From Octopus bimaculoides (lineage: Eukaryota), in the NCBI RefSeq assembly GCF_001194135.2, contig NC_068984.1, forward strand, positions 84,486,184 through 84,550,183: a stretch of DNA of 64,000 nucleotides, written 5' to 3'. A program made the translations under genes and the position numbers. Of the stretch, positions 13,116 through 26,080 are shown one piece after another; the stretch's first letter is position 1; each line of letters begins with the position of its first letter. The notes beneath the pieces were generated by a model. That model was not told the DNA's origin. It saw nothing but the letters and a program-made list of their open reading frames with translations, and ran no database searches.

Positions 13116-13995
13116 TGTGTGTGTGTGTGTGTGCATGTGTGTGTATACAAGGGCTTCTTTCAGTCTCTGTCTTCCAAATCCACTCAGAAGCCTTTGATCA
13201 GCCCAAGGCTATAGCAGAAAATACTTGCACAAGGTGAAATATGGTGGAATTGAACCCAGAACCATGTGGCTGCGAAGCAAACTTAATACCACAGTGATGT
13301 CTAAATATCTATCAATCAATCAATCTATCTATCTATCTATCATACATACATACATACATACATACATACATACATACATACATACATACATACATACATN
13401 NNNNNNNNNNNNNNNNNNNNNNNNNNNNNNNNNNNNNNNNNNNNNNNNNNNNNNNNNNNNNNNNNNNNNNNNNNNNNNNNNNNNNNNNNNNNNNNNNNNN
13501 NNNNNNNNNNNNNNNNNNNNNNNNNNNNNNNNNNNNNNNNNNNNNNNNNNNNNNNNNNNNNNNNNNNNNNNNNNNNNNNNNNNNNNNNNNNNNNNNNNNN
13601 NNNNNNNNNNNNNNNNNNNNNNNNNNNNNNNNNNNNNNNNNNNNNNNNNNNNNNNNNNNNNNNNNNNNNNNNNNNNNNNNNNNNNNNNNNNNNNNNNNNN
13701 NNNNNNNNNNNNNNNNNNNNNNNNNNNNNNNNNNNNNNNNNNNNNNNNNNNNNNNNNNNNNNNNNNNNNNNNNNNNNNNNNNNNNNNNNNNNNNNNNNNN
13801 NNNNNNNNNNNNNNNNNNNNNNNNNNNNNNNNNNNNNNNNNNNNNNNNNNNNNNNNNNNNNNNNNNNNNNNNNNNNNNNNNNNNNNNNNNNNNNNNNNNN
13901 NNNNNNNNNNNNNNNNNNNNNNNNNNNNNNNNNNNNNNNNNNNNNNNNNNNNNNNNNNNNNNNNNNNNNNNNNNNNNNNNNNNNNNNNNNNNNNN

Positions 13996-14044
<49 letters not shown>

Positions 14045-14217
14045 ACACACACACACACACACACGCTTTGCCATAATTCTATATTAAGTTTGATTTTCTT
14101 TGTGGAAACTAGTAGGGCAACTGACTTACAAGTGACACATCATACACTGAAGACATGTTTTGAAAAATGAACCTAGTCAAGATTACTCTTATAATGTATA
14201 TTTTTTAAAATAAATTT

Positions 14218-14291
14218 TCTCATGGTAGCTCAGTAGTTGAAAACATTAGTCTTGTAAACCAGAGGTCACAAGCTCATATCTCACTGTGGGA
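14218..14291 (+). pseudogene. tRNA-Thr(TGT)-like pseudogene or SINE head
   Basis: TAGCTCAGTAGTTG (A-box/D-arm), anticodon arm TTAGT-CTTGTAA-ACCAG with TGT at 14253-14255, degenerate B-box GCTCATATC, acceptor stem pairing only via G:T wobbles. Confidence 0.65.
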
Positions 14292-15280
14292 AATGGACTG
14301 TGTAACTATATTGTACATTCTGATTTTGTCCCATTGCATGATAGTACCACTGTGTGACACCTTGGGCAAGTGTCTTCTACTATGTCTCCAGCCCAACCAC
14401 AGTGTTGTGAGTTGATTTGGTAGAAGGAAACTGAAAGAAGTCCATTGTGTGTGTGTGTGTGTGTGTATAAGTCTGTGTGGAAAGAGATTGTTCTTTCCTA
14501 GGGATATTTATCCAAGCATACACTGGTTTAGCTCCATATCAGTTAGCGATACTGGAAATTCCACATGTACATATATACTAGTGTTTATCGTTGGTTCTTC
14601 TCTGATATTAGTACCTTACACTTTTGAAATTCCAGTTGTCACTATAGATGTTTCCATCTTTTTGATATAGGAGAAAATTTTTAACAATACAAAGAAAATG
14701 GAGAATACATACACAGAATAATCAATATATTTATTATAATAGTCAATTCATGTTGCCTATGTGCATTTCAGTTTAATTACTCAAATCCATATATATGCAA
14801 TTCAATTGCATTATGAATTTGAAAAAGCAAAATTCTTCGTCAGGGCTAAAATTGATTGTTGTCAAGGAAAAGATTTTCACACATCATAACAGATGGAGAG
14901 TTCATTCAATTGAATTGTAGCACGTGTGTCTTAGATTCTGTTCTAAATATAGCTAGAGGTTGATTTTGACTTCACTGGACAAGGGATAGGTATAGTCCAG
15001 AAGAACTATGTTATATTACTATTCACCCTTTTTTAGTGGTGCAAACCAGCTCTTCAGAAGCTAGTCATTCAGCTTTATTTCTATTCAGTATGTCTGTAAA
15101 CACGTTCCTCATTAACTATAGACCAGCCTTTACCATTTGTACTACCTATCATGTTCATAATATATATTTATGTTCTTATTTATTGGTGAAATAAATCTAG
15201 GTATGTACTTATATGCTACCCTATTTATTTTTTGTTTATTCTTATTGTAAGATGTTATATTAGTTGTTATTAATATAAAT

Positions 15281-16195
15281 TATTTATTTAGATATATCAG
15301 TTGATAGTTTGGGTTCTTACTTATACTTGTCTATTTAATTAATGATATAGAAGTATGATTCTTATTTATCATATACACAGTGTTTATTTTCACCTAAAAT
15401 TATTTAAATACAAAGAAAGTATATTTAACTTTAGAAACTTAGGTATTATTGTATTATTCATACAGAGTTTATTTAAATTGAATTTATTTAAATTCAATAA
15501 ATATATATTTTTAACTTTATGAATAGACAAAAAAGTTCCCTTCCCCTCCTATTATTGATATAATTTATTTAGATATATAAGTTGATAGTTTAGGTTCCTG
15601 CATTATTCATCTACTTAATTAATAATGTAGAAGTATGATTCTTAGGTACCATATACACAGTGTTTAACTTTTTACTAAAACTATTTAAATTCAACGAAAG
15701 TATATTTAACTTTAAGAATTATTCTTATGTATAATTGTATTATTTACACAGTTTCTATATAATTATATTCATTTCAATTTATTAAATGTATATTTGACCC
15801 TATGCACACAATAAAAACCTCTTTTTGTCTTAATTTGTGTTTTGATGTAAGAATTTGATAAATTTCCTCTACGCAGAATTCACACCTTTTGTTCCCAATG
15901 CTATAAGATTTTGCCTGGTGAATTATTTCCCACCTAAGTGTATATTCCCTATTTTTATCCTTAATCACCCAAATTGGTTTACAGAGACTAGTGCTTGCTT
16001 CTTTTCTCCTATCCCTAAAGATGTTTAGATGGTTTGCTATCCTGCTTTTTATATAATTTTCGGTAAAACCTATACAGTAGTAATCCTTTCCCTCTGATGT
16101 TAACTTAAACCCATATACAACACCTTTTTCTCTACAAAAATTTCTTAATGGACATCAATCTTTCTTGAAACAATCGCAGGTCTTATTTTGAGGTA
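15281..16195 (-). mobile_element. Penelope-like element remnant with tandemly duplicated 3' region
   Basis: Minus strand: CPLRNFCREKGVVYGFKLTSEGKDYYCIGFTENYIKSRIANHLNIF...IKDKNREYTLRWEIIHQAKSYSIGNKRCEFCVEEIYQIL (GIY-YIG). Diverged direct repeats at 15281-15500 and 15562-15785. Confidence 0.8.
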
Positions 16196-16444
16196 CCCAA
16201 TCAAAGGTCATCTCCAAGACAATGAATACTATGTAAAGTGGGTTTCTCTTTGCTAAAACCCTCCCTTATAGAGGGCATTGGTGGTATCAAATGCTGGCAT
16301 AAAGCTGAATTGCATGTCATATATATTTCCCTCCTAATTCATAACTTGGTTCATATGCTTCTTTCCATAGAATTTCCTTTGCTGGACATGTTTTGATCTT
16401 ATTAAACCTCCTCAAAAAAGCATTGTCTTACAGTTATCTTTTTA

Positions 16445-16850
16445 TCTTTCACTTGTTTAAGTCACTGGACTGCAGCCATGCTGGGGCACCACCTTGAGGG
16501 TTTTAGGTAAATAAATTGATCCCAGTACTTAGTTTTTTAACAAGTTTAATACTTATTCACTTATTCTATTGGCCTCTTTGGTTGAACTGCTAATTTACTA
16601 GGACATAAACAAACCAACACTGATTCTCAAGTAGTGGGGTGACAATCACACACACAGACACACACACACACACATTTTTATGTGTATGACAAGCTTCCAT
16701 ATAGCTTCTGTCTACCAAATTCACTCATAAAGAATTGGTTGGCTTGGGTCTATAATCAAAGATGCTTGCCCAAGTTGCCATGCAGTGGGGCTGAACCACA
16801 AACCACATCGTTGCAAAGTAAGGTTTTTAACCACACAGCCATGCCTGTAC
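16445..16850 (-). mobile_element. SINE family A, decayed copy
   Basis: Reverse complement of 31298-31701 from 3' tail (CTTGTTT.AGTCA) to head (AACCACACAGCCA). Confidence 0.8.
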
Positions 16851-17382
16851 CTAGAATTTAGAATGAATATGTATGTATGTATGGTTGGATGGATTTTTAA
16901 AGTTTAATTTAAGTTCTTCTTGAGAGAATTCAAGCTGGTTGCTAACAAAGCAATAAGACTTTTTGAATTAAGAGGGTAAATATGTGGTTGTGTTGGCTGA
17001 ACTGTTGATGCATACACCCAAGTGTGTGCATCTATTCACATGAGAATCTCAGATAGAGAATTTTTGGAATGTCTTACAAACCTTCACTGTGTCACTAACA
17101 GATTGGATATAGAGAGTCCGCATCACTTTCTTTTGCTCCTTTTCTGTTAAACTAAGTATCTCTAGGTTTTTGTGCAAATTTGTTGGTATATAACCTAATG
17201 CACCTATGATGATAGGTACGTAAGTATGTATGTATGTATGTAAGTATGTTTGTATGTATGTATGTTCTTTCTCTTTTAAATTTTAGAGTAAATTTTGACT
17301 GGTCACTTACTTTTGGTAGCAAGATTGTGAAGGGAAGTATCTTGCTTTAACCTTCATCCTTTAAATCTTAAAAAGGTCAATA

Positions 17383-17419
<37 letters not shown>

Positions 17420-18094
17420 TGTTGTATACTTGGTAACATGACGCAATAAATGGTCATGTATATTATGAATTATTTAGGATTACAACAATAAACCTATATA
17501 CAGTGAATGAACAAACTAAACGTACCACCTGATACAAAATAGAAAGGAAATCTGCATGATCATAATTCATAGCAATATACATACATATATATATATATAT
17601 ATATATGAAAGACTTGTCTGATCTAGCAAGGCTAACCAGGGATTAGACAGTAATATCAACAAAAACAAAATACAACAGCACCAACAACAACAATGATATT
17701 ATACATAGATATAATAATGGTTATTGTCAATGGAGGTTAAATCCTTCATGACCACTTAATTATTAAACAAAGCAATGTGAGGCTGAGAGTGGTTGCTGTG
17801 TTATTGTTAGTTTTATTGGATGAAATAATTTTAACAGCGATGAATACTTAGTGATTTCATGATTGTGGTATCATGAAGCTGGTCATATTTTATTGATTGA
17901 CTTTTTGTGATTTACATACATATTTTTCTTGTTAGCACGAATGCTATTTTCAGCAAAAGCTTTCTTATTGTTTAAATATCTATTTTCTACTATAATTAGT
18001 ATGGATTGAATATATCAGATATATCTTTTCATCTGTTCAGTATGCATAATTTCATCTGCAGGACCTAAGTTTCTCAAATCTGGCTGATTTCATT

Positions 18095-18760
18095 TGTTTC
18101 AGTCATTGGACTGCCACCATTCTGGGGCACTGCCTTGAAAGGTTTAGTCAAATTAATCAAGCCCAGTACTTACTTTAAGGGCTGGTACTTATTCTATTGA
18201 TCTCTTCAGTTGACCGAGTTGACTTGCTTAGTTATGGGGATGCAATCCAACCAACACCAGTATCAAGTAGCGGTGGGGAACAAACACCAACCCAAAGACA
18301 CACACACACACACACAAAGGACTTCCTTATAATTTCTGTCTACAAATTCACTCAGAAGGCATTGGTCATCTTGGTATCTATAGTAGAAGATACCCAGATA
18401 CTCAATACATTTGCACTTTGCTGTACATGTGCACTGATGTTGCACATCCAATGGAGCATACTACTTTCATTTCTCTCCAGTCTATGCATGTCTTCTGCAT
18501 TCAGTGCCCATGTCTCACTACCATGGAGTATAGCCATTTGCACACAAGCATCATATAGTCTACCTTTCACTCTGAGAAAGAGTCCTTTTGTTGCTAATGG
18601 GAATATATAATCATCATCATCATCGTTTTACGTTCGTTTTCCATACTGGCATGGGTTGGATGGTTTGACTGAGGGCTGGCAAGCCAGAAGGCTGCACCAG
18701 GCTTCAATCTGATCTGGCAAAGTTTCTACAGCTGGATGCCCTTCCTAACACCATATATAT
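18095..18760 (-). mobile_element. Cluster: SINE A copy, RTE RT fragment and RTE 3'-tail fragment
   Basis: ORF 18352-18570 KGRLYDACVQMAILHGSETWALNAEDMHRLERNE matches the RTE at 52 kb; flanked by SINE A and (CAT)n tail sequence. Confidence 0.8.
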
Positions 18761-19302
18761 ATACACACTACAGTACATGTTCCAACCCTGCAGGAATGCT
18801 AACCCCCAAACCATACATACATTTCTAGAAAATTCTGAGTGCTTGCAGCACCCCAGGACACGGTTTTGGTGCCAGAGGACATAACCCTTAACTTGGCCTT
18901 TACTTCATTCATTTTGTCTTTCTTTTACAGTGACCAAGGAGTGGATGTGTCTTTTCACCTCCAGCAGCAGAGAGTAGTAGCCATGTTTTCTTCCATGACT
19001 TCCAGCTTTGAAGACCACATAGTAACATAATTGGGCTGTTACCTAACATATCCTTGAACCCCTAGTGCAAAACAGATTTGTAAGATTGGCCATAATAGAT
19101 ATATAATACTGTATGCTTCTACTAATATACTTGCTCTGTAAAGTGGTTGGCAATACGAAGGGCATCCAGCTGTAGAAACCATGCCAAATCAGACTGGAGT
19201 CTGGTACATGCCCCTAGCTTGCCAGCTCTGGTCACACCATCCAACCCATGCCAGCATGGACAACAGATGTTGAATAATGATGATGATGATGATGATATAT
19301 GA

Positions 19303-19628
19303 GGAACACTCTGTCGGTTACGACGATGAGGGTCCCAGCTGATACGATCAATGGAACAGCTTGCTCGTGAAATTAATGTGCAAATGATTGAACAATCTAC
19401 AGGCAAGTGTATCCCTAACATAGTTCTCGAGGAGATTCAGCGTGATACAGAGTGTGACAAGGCCGGCCCTTTGAAATACAGGTACTACTCATTTTTGCTC
19501 GCTGAGTGGACTGGAACAACATGAAATAAAGTGTCTTGCTCAAGGACACAATGCGTCGCCTGGAATTGAACTCACAAGCTTACAATCATGAGCCAAATGC
19601 CCTAACCACTAAGCCATGCGCCTTCACT
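19303..19628 (-). mobile_element. SINE family B2, near full length
   Basis: tRNA-like head on the minus strand (TGGCTTAGTGGTTAGGGC...GAGTTCAATTCC), central GTGTCCTTGAGCAAGACACTTT domain, and the same 3' half as family B1. Confidence 0.85.
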
Positions 19629-21143
19629 TGATGATATATATATATATANNNNNNNNNNNNNNNNNNNNNNNNNNNNNNNNNNNNNNNNNNNNNNNNNNNN
19701 NNNNNNNNNNNNNNNNNNNNNNNNNNNNNNNNNNNNNNNNNNNNNNNNNNNNNNNNNNNNNNNNNNNNNNNNNNNNNNNNNNNNNNNNNNNNNNNNNNNN
19801 NNNNNNNNNNNNNNNNNNNNNNNNNNNNNNNNNNNNNNNNNNNNNNNNNNNNNNNNNNNNNNNNNNNNNNNNNNNNNNNNNNNNNNNNNNNNNNNNNNNN
19901 NNNNNNNNNNNNNNNNNNNNNNNNNNNNNNNNNNNNNNNNNNNNNNNNNNNNNNNNNNNNNNNNNNNNNNNNNNNNNNNNNNNNNNNNNNNNNNNNNNNN
20001 NNNNNNNNNNNNNNNNNNNNNNNNNNNNNNNNNNNNNNNNNNNNNNNNNNNNNNNNNNNNNNNNNNNNNNNNNNNNNNNNNNNNNNNNNNNNNNNNNNNN
20101 NNNNNNNNNNNNNNNNNNNNNNNNNNNNNNNNNNNNNNNNNNNNNNNNNNNNNNNNNNNNNNNNNNNNNNNNNNNNNNNNNNNNNNNNNNNNNNNNNNNN
20201 NNNNNNNNNNNNNNNNNNNNNNNNNNNNNNNNNNNNNNNNNNNNNNNNNNNNNNNNNNNNNNNNNNNNNNNNNNNNNNNNNNNNNNNNNNNNNNNNNNNN
20301 NNNNNNNNNNNNNNNNNNNNNNNNNNNNNNNNNNNNNNNNNNNNNNNNNNNNNNNNNNNNNNNNNNNNNNNNNNNNNNNNNNNNNNNNNNNNNNNNNNNN
20401 NNNNNNNNNNNNNNNNNNNNNNNNNNNNNNNNNNNNNNNNNNNNNNNNNNNNNNNNNNNNNATATATATATATATGCATACATATACATACATATATACA
20501 TGTGTGTGTGCATGTTTGTTTTGTGTTTGTGTGCATGTGTGTGCGTGCATGTATGCATTTGCGTAATATATATATATATATATATATATATGTACTTGAC
20601 TAGCTCTGAAATATCAGTTTCTACTAAAGTAAAAATGATATACGCATCCTATTAATGGCCACACTTTAGATATCATTAGAAAAAACATGATCATGACATT
20701 CGATACTCTGAGACTGAGAATTGTTGTAGGCACCAATCTTACTAATATAGACTGCCTAGCTCAGAATCAGATATTTACAAACTCTTCTATAAACCTAATT
20801 AGAAGCTAAAATGTATAAATAAACATTATAGATTTTAGAAAATGAATCAATAAACATTATGAGAAAAGTTTCTAACCTTTATTCGTCTTTGATAGAGTGG
20901 CTCTCACCACAACAAGGTTTTGGCAAGCAATGCTTTCAGTGAGAAATTTCCTACACCCACAGTATACAACTTTAAAAATCCAGGAAGTGACTCAGAAAAA
21001 TACACTAATTCACACCCAATTCTTCAACATTAAGACAAGTGAAGATATGAAATTCCTGGCACATATACATACACATACATACATACATACATATATATAT
21101 GTGTGTGTGTGTGTGTGTGTATGTGTGTGTATATATATATATG

Positions 21144-21180
<37 letters not shown>

Positions 21181-21520
21181 TCATCATCATCATCATCGTT
21201 TAACGTCCGCTTTCCATGCTAGCATGGGTTGGACGATTTGACTGAGGACTGGTGAAACCGGATGGCAACNNNNNNNNNNNNNNNNNNNNNNNNNNNNNNN
21301 NNNNNNNNNNNNNNNNNNNNNNNNNNNNNNNNNNNNNNNNNNNNNNNNNNNNNNNNNNNNNNNNNNNNNNNNNNNNNNNNNNNNNNNNNNNNNNNNNNNN
21401 NNNNNNNNNNNNNNNNNNNNNNNNNNNNNNNNNNNNNNNNNNNNNNNNNNNNNNNNNNNNNNNNNNNNNNNNNNNNNNNNNNNNNNNNNNNNNNNNNNNN
21501 NNNNNNNNNNNNNNNNNNNN

Positions 21521-21738
21521 AAATATATAGGGGTCAGCATTAGTTGCTTCACCAACATACTGAAAAATTAGAAATAGCAGTCAAGGAACTACTGATTCTA
21601 AACTACAAATTTTTTCTCTAACGGATGGCGCCATCCATTAGAGAAAAAATTTGTAGTTTAGAATCAGAAGTTCTTTGACTGCTATTTCTAAATTTTCAGT
21701 ATGTTGGTGAAGCAACTAATGCTGACCCCTATATATTT
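21521..21738. repeat. 218-bp spacerless palindrome
   Basis: 109-bp arms centred on GGC|GCC (21629/21630) with ~4 mismatches; left end abuts an N-gap. Confidence 0.9.
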
Positions 21739-22089
21739 ATGATTATAAATGGTTTTACCGATAAAGGTTTTTTTCATACTGAACTACTTGGCAAAATTGT
21801 TAATTGTTAATTTTATTACTAATTGGCAATTCCCTGCCCTATATCTATATATATATATATAGATAGATAGATAGATATATGTTCATATATACATATATAT
21901 AAACATTTTATAACAAATCTAGACAGGAAAACTCTTAAAAGAGGTTGCATAGCAATCAGTTGCAGATGGTCTTCCAATATGAAAACACTTGTAACCAGCA
22001 AGCCAATAGAATGCAGTGTTTTTAGGTTATGTGTGTGATTATATGTGTGTGTGTGTGTATATATATATATTTATATGTTAAAAAATATG

Positions 22090-22860
22090 TGTACATATAT
22101 GTGGCCCATGTGATGACACATAAAAGTACCCATGCCTGTGTAGTGTCACACAAAAATACCCATGTGACGTCATGGAAAAGTGCCCATATGGTGCCATGTA
22201 AAAGCGCCTGTGCAGTACCACATAAAAACACCCGTGCAGTAAAAGTGCCTGTGCGGTGCCACATAAAAGCACCCAGCACACTCTGTAAAGTGGTTGGTGA
22301 CAGGAAGGGCATCCAGCCATAGAAACTATGCCAAATCAGACTGGAGTCTGCTGCAGCCCCCCCCCCCACCTACTTGCCAGCTCTGGTCACATCATCCAAC
22401 CCATGCTAGCATGGACATCATCATTATCGTTTAATGTCCATTTTCCATGCTGGCATGGGTTGGACAGTTTGACTGAGGTCTGGAGANNNNNNNNNNATCG
22501 TTTAATGTCCATTTTCCATGCTGGCATGGGTTGGACAGTTTGACTGAGGTCTGGAGAGCTAGCGGCTGCACCAGGCTCCAATCTGATCTGGCAATGTTTC
22601 TACAGCTAGATGCCCTTCCTAATGCCAACCACTCCGAGAGTGTAGTGAGTGCTTTTATGTGCCACTGGCATAAGAGCCAGTCAGGCGGGCCTCGCATCAA
22701 TCATGTTCGGATAATGCTTTTTATGTGCCACCAGCATGGGAGCCAGTCAAGTGGTACTGGCATCGGCCACATTCGGATAGGGCTTTTTACGTACCACTGG
22801 AATGGGAATGGGAGCCAGTGGCACTGGCCACAGGTTAAATGATGATTATGATGATGATGA
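22090..22860. mobile_element. Two RTE 3'-tail fragments arranged tail-to-tail (+ then -)
   Basis: + copy ends CCAACCCATGCTAGCATGG at ~22415; the - copy starts immediately with CATCATTATCGTTTAATGTCCATTTTCCATGCTGGCATGGG. Confidence 0.8.
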
Positions 22861-22902
22861 TGAATGATGGGTATGTATGTATATATAAGTACAGATATGG
22901 AT

Positions 22903-23270
22903 GTGTGATTAAGGAGTTTACTTCCTAACCACATGGTCTTGGATTTAATCCCATTGTGTGGAACCTTGAGGAAGTGTCTTCTACCATAGCCCTTGGCTGA
23001 TCAAAGCCTTGGTAGATGAAAACTGAAAGAAGCCCATCACATGTGTATGTATGTGTGTGTGTATCACAAAATTGTTGTAAATATGTGTCACCATTATACA
23101 ACCGGTGTTCTATTTCCACTCTTCTGTGAAAACATGTCTTGGAAATATAGCCTTGTTTGGAAACAGGTGAGATATCCAGCCACAGAAAATGTACCTCAAA
23201 AATTTCATCTGACTCATGTAAGTATGGAAAAGAAGAAGTCAATAATAATGATGATTGATGATGATGGTGA
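22903..23270 (+). mobile_element. SINE with family-A head and RTE-like 3' tail
   Basis: Head matches 31298-31450; ends ATCCAGCCACAGAAAA...CATGTAAGTATGGAAAAG...(GAT)n like the RTE tail. Related copies at ~3140-3500 and ~7520-7810. Confidence 0.65.
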
Positions 23271-24359
23271 TGATGATGATGATCATCATCATCACCACCA
23301 TCATTTAATGTCCATTTTCAATGTTGTCATGGATTGGACTGTTAAACTGGAGCTGGCAAACTAGAGAGCTAGACCAGGCTCAAATTGTTTGTTCTGGCAT
23401 GGTTTCTACAGCTGGTTACCCTTCCTAATGCCAACCACTTTACAGAGTGTACAGGGTACTTTTTATGTGGCACTGGCACCAGTGGGGTTGCCAAGTGGCT
23501 TACAAGATGAAGACCTCTTAGTTAAGAGAGGGAGTGGAACCAAAGGCAATGGCTGTGAGCCCCGCAAGAGGGTAGAGTGTAATAGAGAGACATAGATAGT
23601 TGTCTTACTAAAGAGGAAATCCTTGGCTACACCAGTAGGACAAGGAAGAGAGGAAGGGGAGATAGAGTGAGAGAAATATAGAGAGAAAGTCCGCGTGAAA
23701 GAGAGAGAAATAAATGGTGTTGGAGAGGTATTGGGGCATACCCATAGTAAACAGTGGGGGGGGGGAAGTACTGGGGATATACAGGAGGAAGTTCCATAGG
23801 GGAGCAGGGATATGTTTAGTGATGGGAAAGCCATGGATGTAGCAAGTGCTAGTGATATATATATATGCGTGTGTGTGTATGTTTCTGGTCATCTACAAGT
23901 TTTTGCCAAAGTATTGTGGCTATGCTGTGATATCTTCAATAAGAGTTTAGCATTTCTTTCATCAATCACTACTTCCCAAAATAGCTACTTTTGCCTAAAT
24001 TACATGCCTTTAAAAAGTTATCTCCCTTGTATGAACTCTAAAATTCATACTGGAAATCATACATATACACACACACACATCTATCTCTATGATTCCACAT
24101 GTGTGGAATATTATTCAGATGTCTTTTCCTTTCATCAAATCATGGAACACACACAACTCATGGTGCATTAACAAATCATTGATGATAACCCTTTTACGTT
24201 CTGCAATGTTTCATCAGTTGCTTGAAATCAATATGAACCTCTAAAATATTCAGTAATACCTATTGTTATTACAACTACTAACACTGAAACATATAATATT
24301 GCAGTGATTTTCATTCCTTGATAAAATACAAATATGTATGTACGTACGTATGCATGCAT

Positions 24360-24728
24360 GTGGAGGCGAATGGCCCAGTGGTTAGGACAGCAGACTCGCG
24401 GTTTCGATTCCCAGACTGGGCAGTGTGAGTGTTTATTGAGCGAAAACACCTAAAGTTCCACGAGGCTCCGGCAGTGGGTGGTGGCAAACCCTGCTGAGCT
24501 TTTTCACCACAGCTTTCTCTCACTCTTTCTTCCTGTTTCTGTTGTACATGTATTCCAAAAGGCCAGCCTTGTCAAACTCTGTGTCACGCTGAATCTCCTC
24601 GAGAACTACGTTAAGGGTACACATGTCTGTGGAGTGCTCAACCACTTGCACGTTAATTTCACGAGCAGGCTGTTCTGTTGATCGGATCAACTGGAACCCT
24701 CGTCGTCGCAACCGACGGAGTGCCACAA
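24360..24728 (+). mobile_element. SINE family B1
   Basis: TGGCCCAGTGGTTAGG A-box and GGTTTCGATTCCC B-box; high identity to 50523-50909. Confidence 0.9.
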
Positions 24729-24881
24729 TGTATGTGTGCTTATATATATATATATATATATATACATATATCTATCAATGTGTCTGTATGCGTTTGTGTT
24801 GTGTTTTGTACCCCACTACTACTTGACCACCAGTGTTGGTTTGTTTACATCCCCATAACTTGGTGGTTCAGCAAAAGTTAC

Positions 24882-25323
24882 GGATCTTTTTTAAAACGGG
24901 GGCCACATTTTTCATTAACGAAACACTTTGAAACTTGGAACACTGGTAGAATGTGTCATATAAAACATCTTTTTCTCTTAGTCTTCTTAAAAAAAAAAGA
25001 AATCCATAAATTATTCCATGTTAAAGTTGTGGTATTTCTGTAATTTCAACCAATCACTGACGTCCATTCAGCCGATATACATTAAGTGCCGACTACANNN
25101 NNNNNNNTCGGCACTTAATGTATATCGGCTGAATGGACGTCAGTGATTGGTTGAAATTATCGAAATAAGACAATTTTTTACATGAAATAAATTCGAATAC
25201 AAAAATATTTTTCTGTTCTATAACACAAAATAGATAAGTATACGAAGTTTGAAAGTCTTTCGGTACCAAAAACACTACGTAAAACATTAATGAAAAATGT
25301 GGCCCCCGTTTTAAAAAAGATCC
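24882..25323. mobile_element. Non-autonomous DNA transposon (MITE) with 37-bp perfect TIRs, 8-bp TSD and internal hairpin
   Basis: TIR GGATCTTTTTTAAAACGGGGGCCACATTTTTCATTAA at both ends; TSD AAAGTTAC at 24874-24881 and 25324-25331; inserted into a SINE A 3' region. Confidence 0.92.
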
Positions 25324-26020
25324 AAAGTTACTGATAAAATGCGTACTAGATTCATTTCATTTGATTAAACGTTTTAATGTGGTGCCCCAGCATGACCAGA
25401 GTCCAATGACTGAAACAAGTAAAAAAAAAACAACAACCCTATCTGCTCGTTCTAACGGGGGAGAAAGTTAAGTCAAATAGACTGCAAAAAAGAAGAGGGT
25501 GTGAAAGAAACGAATAGCATAGGTTTCATTGAATGAAAGTAGATATTCAGAACAGTATCCTGCAATTTGCCTTCCTCATGCATTAAGATGCTAAACAATT
25601 CATCACTCAGGAAATGCCTCACAATGTATGTGTGCGTATATATCAGCCAGACTTATGCTCTCACATGTTACGGAGGATGATGAAGGGGAGGAATTCTGTT
25701 ATGTTCTGAAGAAAGTGCTAGCACATAAATTCACTCACATCGTCAAGATAGATTTCAATGCAAAAGTCATAAAGGGTAGCAGGGCGAGAAACATTATATA
25801 TATATATATGTAAGAATTGCGATGCCAGAAAGATGGGCACTCATAAATTTGTCAATAGAATGTTATTTTTTATTTTTTCTATACCTGCTATCTCTGAAGA
25901 GCACATTAGATAACTGTCCAGTTATCTAATATCTTGTAAATAGATACCTTATACAATAATAGAGATTTTATTGCCAGTTCTCTCTTAATTGGATGTAATG
26001 GATCTATAAACCTGTATACT

Positions 26021-26080
<60 letters not shown>

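Noticed and set aside
22427-22560. Exact ~60-bp duplication either side of a 10-N gap
   Set aside because: Typical unmerged contig overlap; assembly artefact.
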